A DNA stretch of 64,000 nt, from NCBI GenBank assembly GCA_964620245.1, contig CAZUJC010000001.1:436-64435 (forward strand), in the 5' to 3' direction. Shown here one piece after another: positions 62,768 through 64,000 of this stretch (the stretch's first letter is position 1; each line of letters opens with the position of its first letter). The position numbers and the translations under genes were made by a program. This DNA comes from an uncultured Pseudomonadota bacterium. GTDB taxonomy: Bacteria > Babelota > Babeliae > Babelales > JACPOV01. The notes beneath the pieces were generated by a model. That model made no database searches, was not told the DNA's origin, and saw nothing but the letters and a program-made list of their open reading frames with translations.

Positions 62768-63613
62768 ATGTACTATCACCATTTGTTTATATTATTTGCC
62801 ACATTTTGCACAGCACTCAACTGTATGGATTACTCATCAAAAATTGACGGAGAATCAGAAAATCTTTTTATACAAAAACGAACTCAAAAAATAGTCGCGG
62901 CAACAAACTTTGTTAATACTCTCAAGCACGATGCACATTGGAGAAATTTGTCTAAAGCAACCGAGTCGGTTGATAATTTATGTTCAGCTGTTCACCACTT
63001 CCCTTTGCTTAATAATTATCAAGCTGATACATATCAATTTATAGAAGCAAAAAAAAGATTCGATGAAGCGGTAACAAATAAAAGTATTGGGACGTATAAC
63101 GTTTTGCGTTTAAAATTAGAAAAAAAAGAAAATAACGGCATTCCTAACATAGCATTTCAAGCAGCTTTTTCAGCACTTTATTTAGCTGATTATACGCAGG
63201 ATGAAAAAGCAAAAGAAGCTCTCTATAACAGAGCATGGAATGCACTTTGTCTGTACAGCGACTCAACTAGTAACAAAAAAAAGAAATTTAGCTCACTTGA
63301 TTCCAACTTAGAAAGAGATTTTCAACTCCTTTCAACGATTACAGAGCAGCTCGTAAAAACAAATTTTCAAAAGTTTGACTGGGCACAACAACATATCTTT
63401 GAAAATGACAAACTAAAAATTACTCATTATACTTCGCCAGATAAATCAACAAATGAAAACGAGACGGGCTCAAAATTCAAAAAGCTCATCCGTAAATTGA
63501 CAGAGCCAAAAATCAGAACACTTTCAGCACAAAAAGATTCAAATCCAAAGCAACTTAAAAAATCAAGATCAAATGAAGACGATAATAATAACAATAACCA
63601 AAAATTATCGTAA
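62768..63613 (+). CDS. Secreted hypothetical protein with a basic, poly-Asn C-terminus (possibly a distant third family member)
   Basis: 281 aa with signal-like MYYHHLFILFATFCTALNC, a helical body (AFQAAFSALYLADY), and the tail KKSRSNEDDNNNNNQKLS. TAGGAG SD upstream. Confidence 0.55.
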   Translation: MYYHHLFILFATFCTALNCMDYSSKIDGESENLFIQKRTQKIVAATNFVNTLKHDAHWRNLSKATESVDNLCSAVHHFPLLNNYQADTYQFIEAKKRFDEAVTNKSIGTYNVLRLKLEKKENNGIPNIAFQAAFSALYLADYTQDEKAKEALYNRAWNALCLYSDSTSNKKKKFSSLDSNLERDFQLLSTITEQLVKTNFQKFDWAQQHIFENDKLKITHYTSPDKSTNENETGSKFKKLIRKLTEPKIRTLSAQKDSNPKQLKKSRSNEDDNNNNNQKLS

Positions 63614-64000
63614 TTATTTCAAGAGTGCTTCTTTGAAGAAATCAAGTTGCTCAAGAACTTTGCCCGCTCCCATAACAACACAAAGGAGCGGGTTTTCTGC
63701 TAAAGTAACCCGTAGTCCTGTATCTTTTGAGATCAGCTGTGCAAGTCCGCGCAACAATGAACCACCACCCGCCATCACAATGCCTTTGTCAACTAAATCT
63801 GAAGATAATTCAGGCGGTGTATTTTCAAGAGCGACACGCACCACATCAAGAATCGTTGCAATTGTTTCTAATAATGATTCATGAACTTCTGCACTGGTCA
63901 GCACGATCGTTTTTGGAACACCGGTCACTAAATCGCGACCTTTTACTTCCATTGTTTCAGCAGTTGAATCTGGCATTACTGAACCAATTTGAATTTTGAT
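63614..64000 (-). CDS. mreB: Rod-shape protein MreB, C-terminal 128 codons (5' end beyond the right window edge)
   Basis: The frame stays open from nt 64000: IKIQIGSVMPDSTAETMEVKGRDLVTGVPKTIVLTSAEV...GIVMAGGGSLLRGLAQLISKDTGLRVTLAENPLLCVVMGAGKVLE, a typical MreB C-terminal half. The Met at 63976 in the ORF track is internal. Confidence 0.9.
   Translation of the reverse strand: MKIQIGSVMPDSTAETMEVKGRDLVTGVPKTIVLTSAEVHESLLETIATILDVVRVALENTPPELSSDLVDKGIVMAGGGSLLRGLAQLISKDTGLRVTLAENPLLCVVMGAGKVLEQLDFFKEALLK

Noticed and set aside
63584-63600. A short AAT/AAC-rich tract (GATAATAATAACAATAAC) as a possible repeat element.
   Set aside because: It simply encodes the poly-Asn tail (DDNNNNN) of the 281-aa protein. 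It is low-complexity coding sequence, not a repeat array.
63573-63999. Plus-strand ORFs of 103 and 90 aa at the right edge.
   Set aside because: They are antisense to the unmistakable MreB C-terminal coding sequence.
1-64000. A search for CRISPR arrays, IS elements or transposases, integrases, prophage genes, tRNA or rRNA genes, and known defence systems.
   Set aside because: By eye I found no regularly spaced direct repeats, no DDE/tyrosine/serine recombinase-like ORFs, no tRNA-like TPsiC arm (GGTTCGAATCC-type) and no defence-type nuclease, helicase or ATPase. An eye scan can miss divergent tRNAs or small RNAs.

Overview
This is an AT-rich, very tightly packed 64-kb chromosomal segment with about 70 protein genes and one RNA gene. 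It comes from a diderm, peptidoglycan-making bacterium.

The backbone is housekeeping:
- potABCD preceded by a coupled His-rich membrane protein
- bamA, gltX, rpsU-rbfA
- pilD and a type IV pilin
- folC and the Fo a and c genes
- two GT4 glycosyltransferases
- a ferredoxin/acyl-AMP ligase/GT4 operon
- tmk-holB and archease-rtcB-thpR
- a DUF721 protein, murG and a class A PBP
- RNase P RNA
- gpsA-uppS, rsmA(ksgA) and the 3' end of mreB

Between these sit many lineage-specific proteins with signal peptides:
- a 1505-aa repeat-rich surface protein
- a four-gene operon of small secreted proteins
- tandem secreted paralogs
- several predicted beta-barrels
- Cys/Met/His-rich putative metal-binding proteins

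I saw no tRNA or rRNA, no CRISPR array, no transposase, integrase or phage genes, no recognisable defence system, and no transcription factor. The content looks like a reduced, host-associated genome. Dependentiae/TM6-like is only a guess.

The most unusual feature is at 20.9-22.8 kb. A genuine F-type a subunit is followed by one uninterrupted ORF made of four fused c-subunit hairpins, whose key mid-membrane residues are Glu, Gln, Glu and Asp. A small AtpI/AtpR-like protein precedes the pair. No stator or F1 genes lie anywhere in the window.

Other items worth follow-up:
- the giant surface protein and its downstream barrel partner
- the internally duplicated His-rich membrane protein coupled to potA
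- a pilin with an EF-hand-like C-terminus
- a stand-alone triple-PASTA protein
- a flavoprotein followed by tandem LOG-family genes
- the secreted paralog families

All product calls rest on motifs read by eye. No database search or computation was run, and start codons are often ambiguous.
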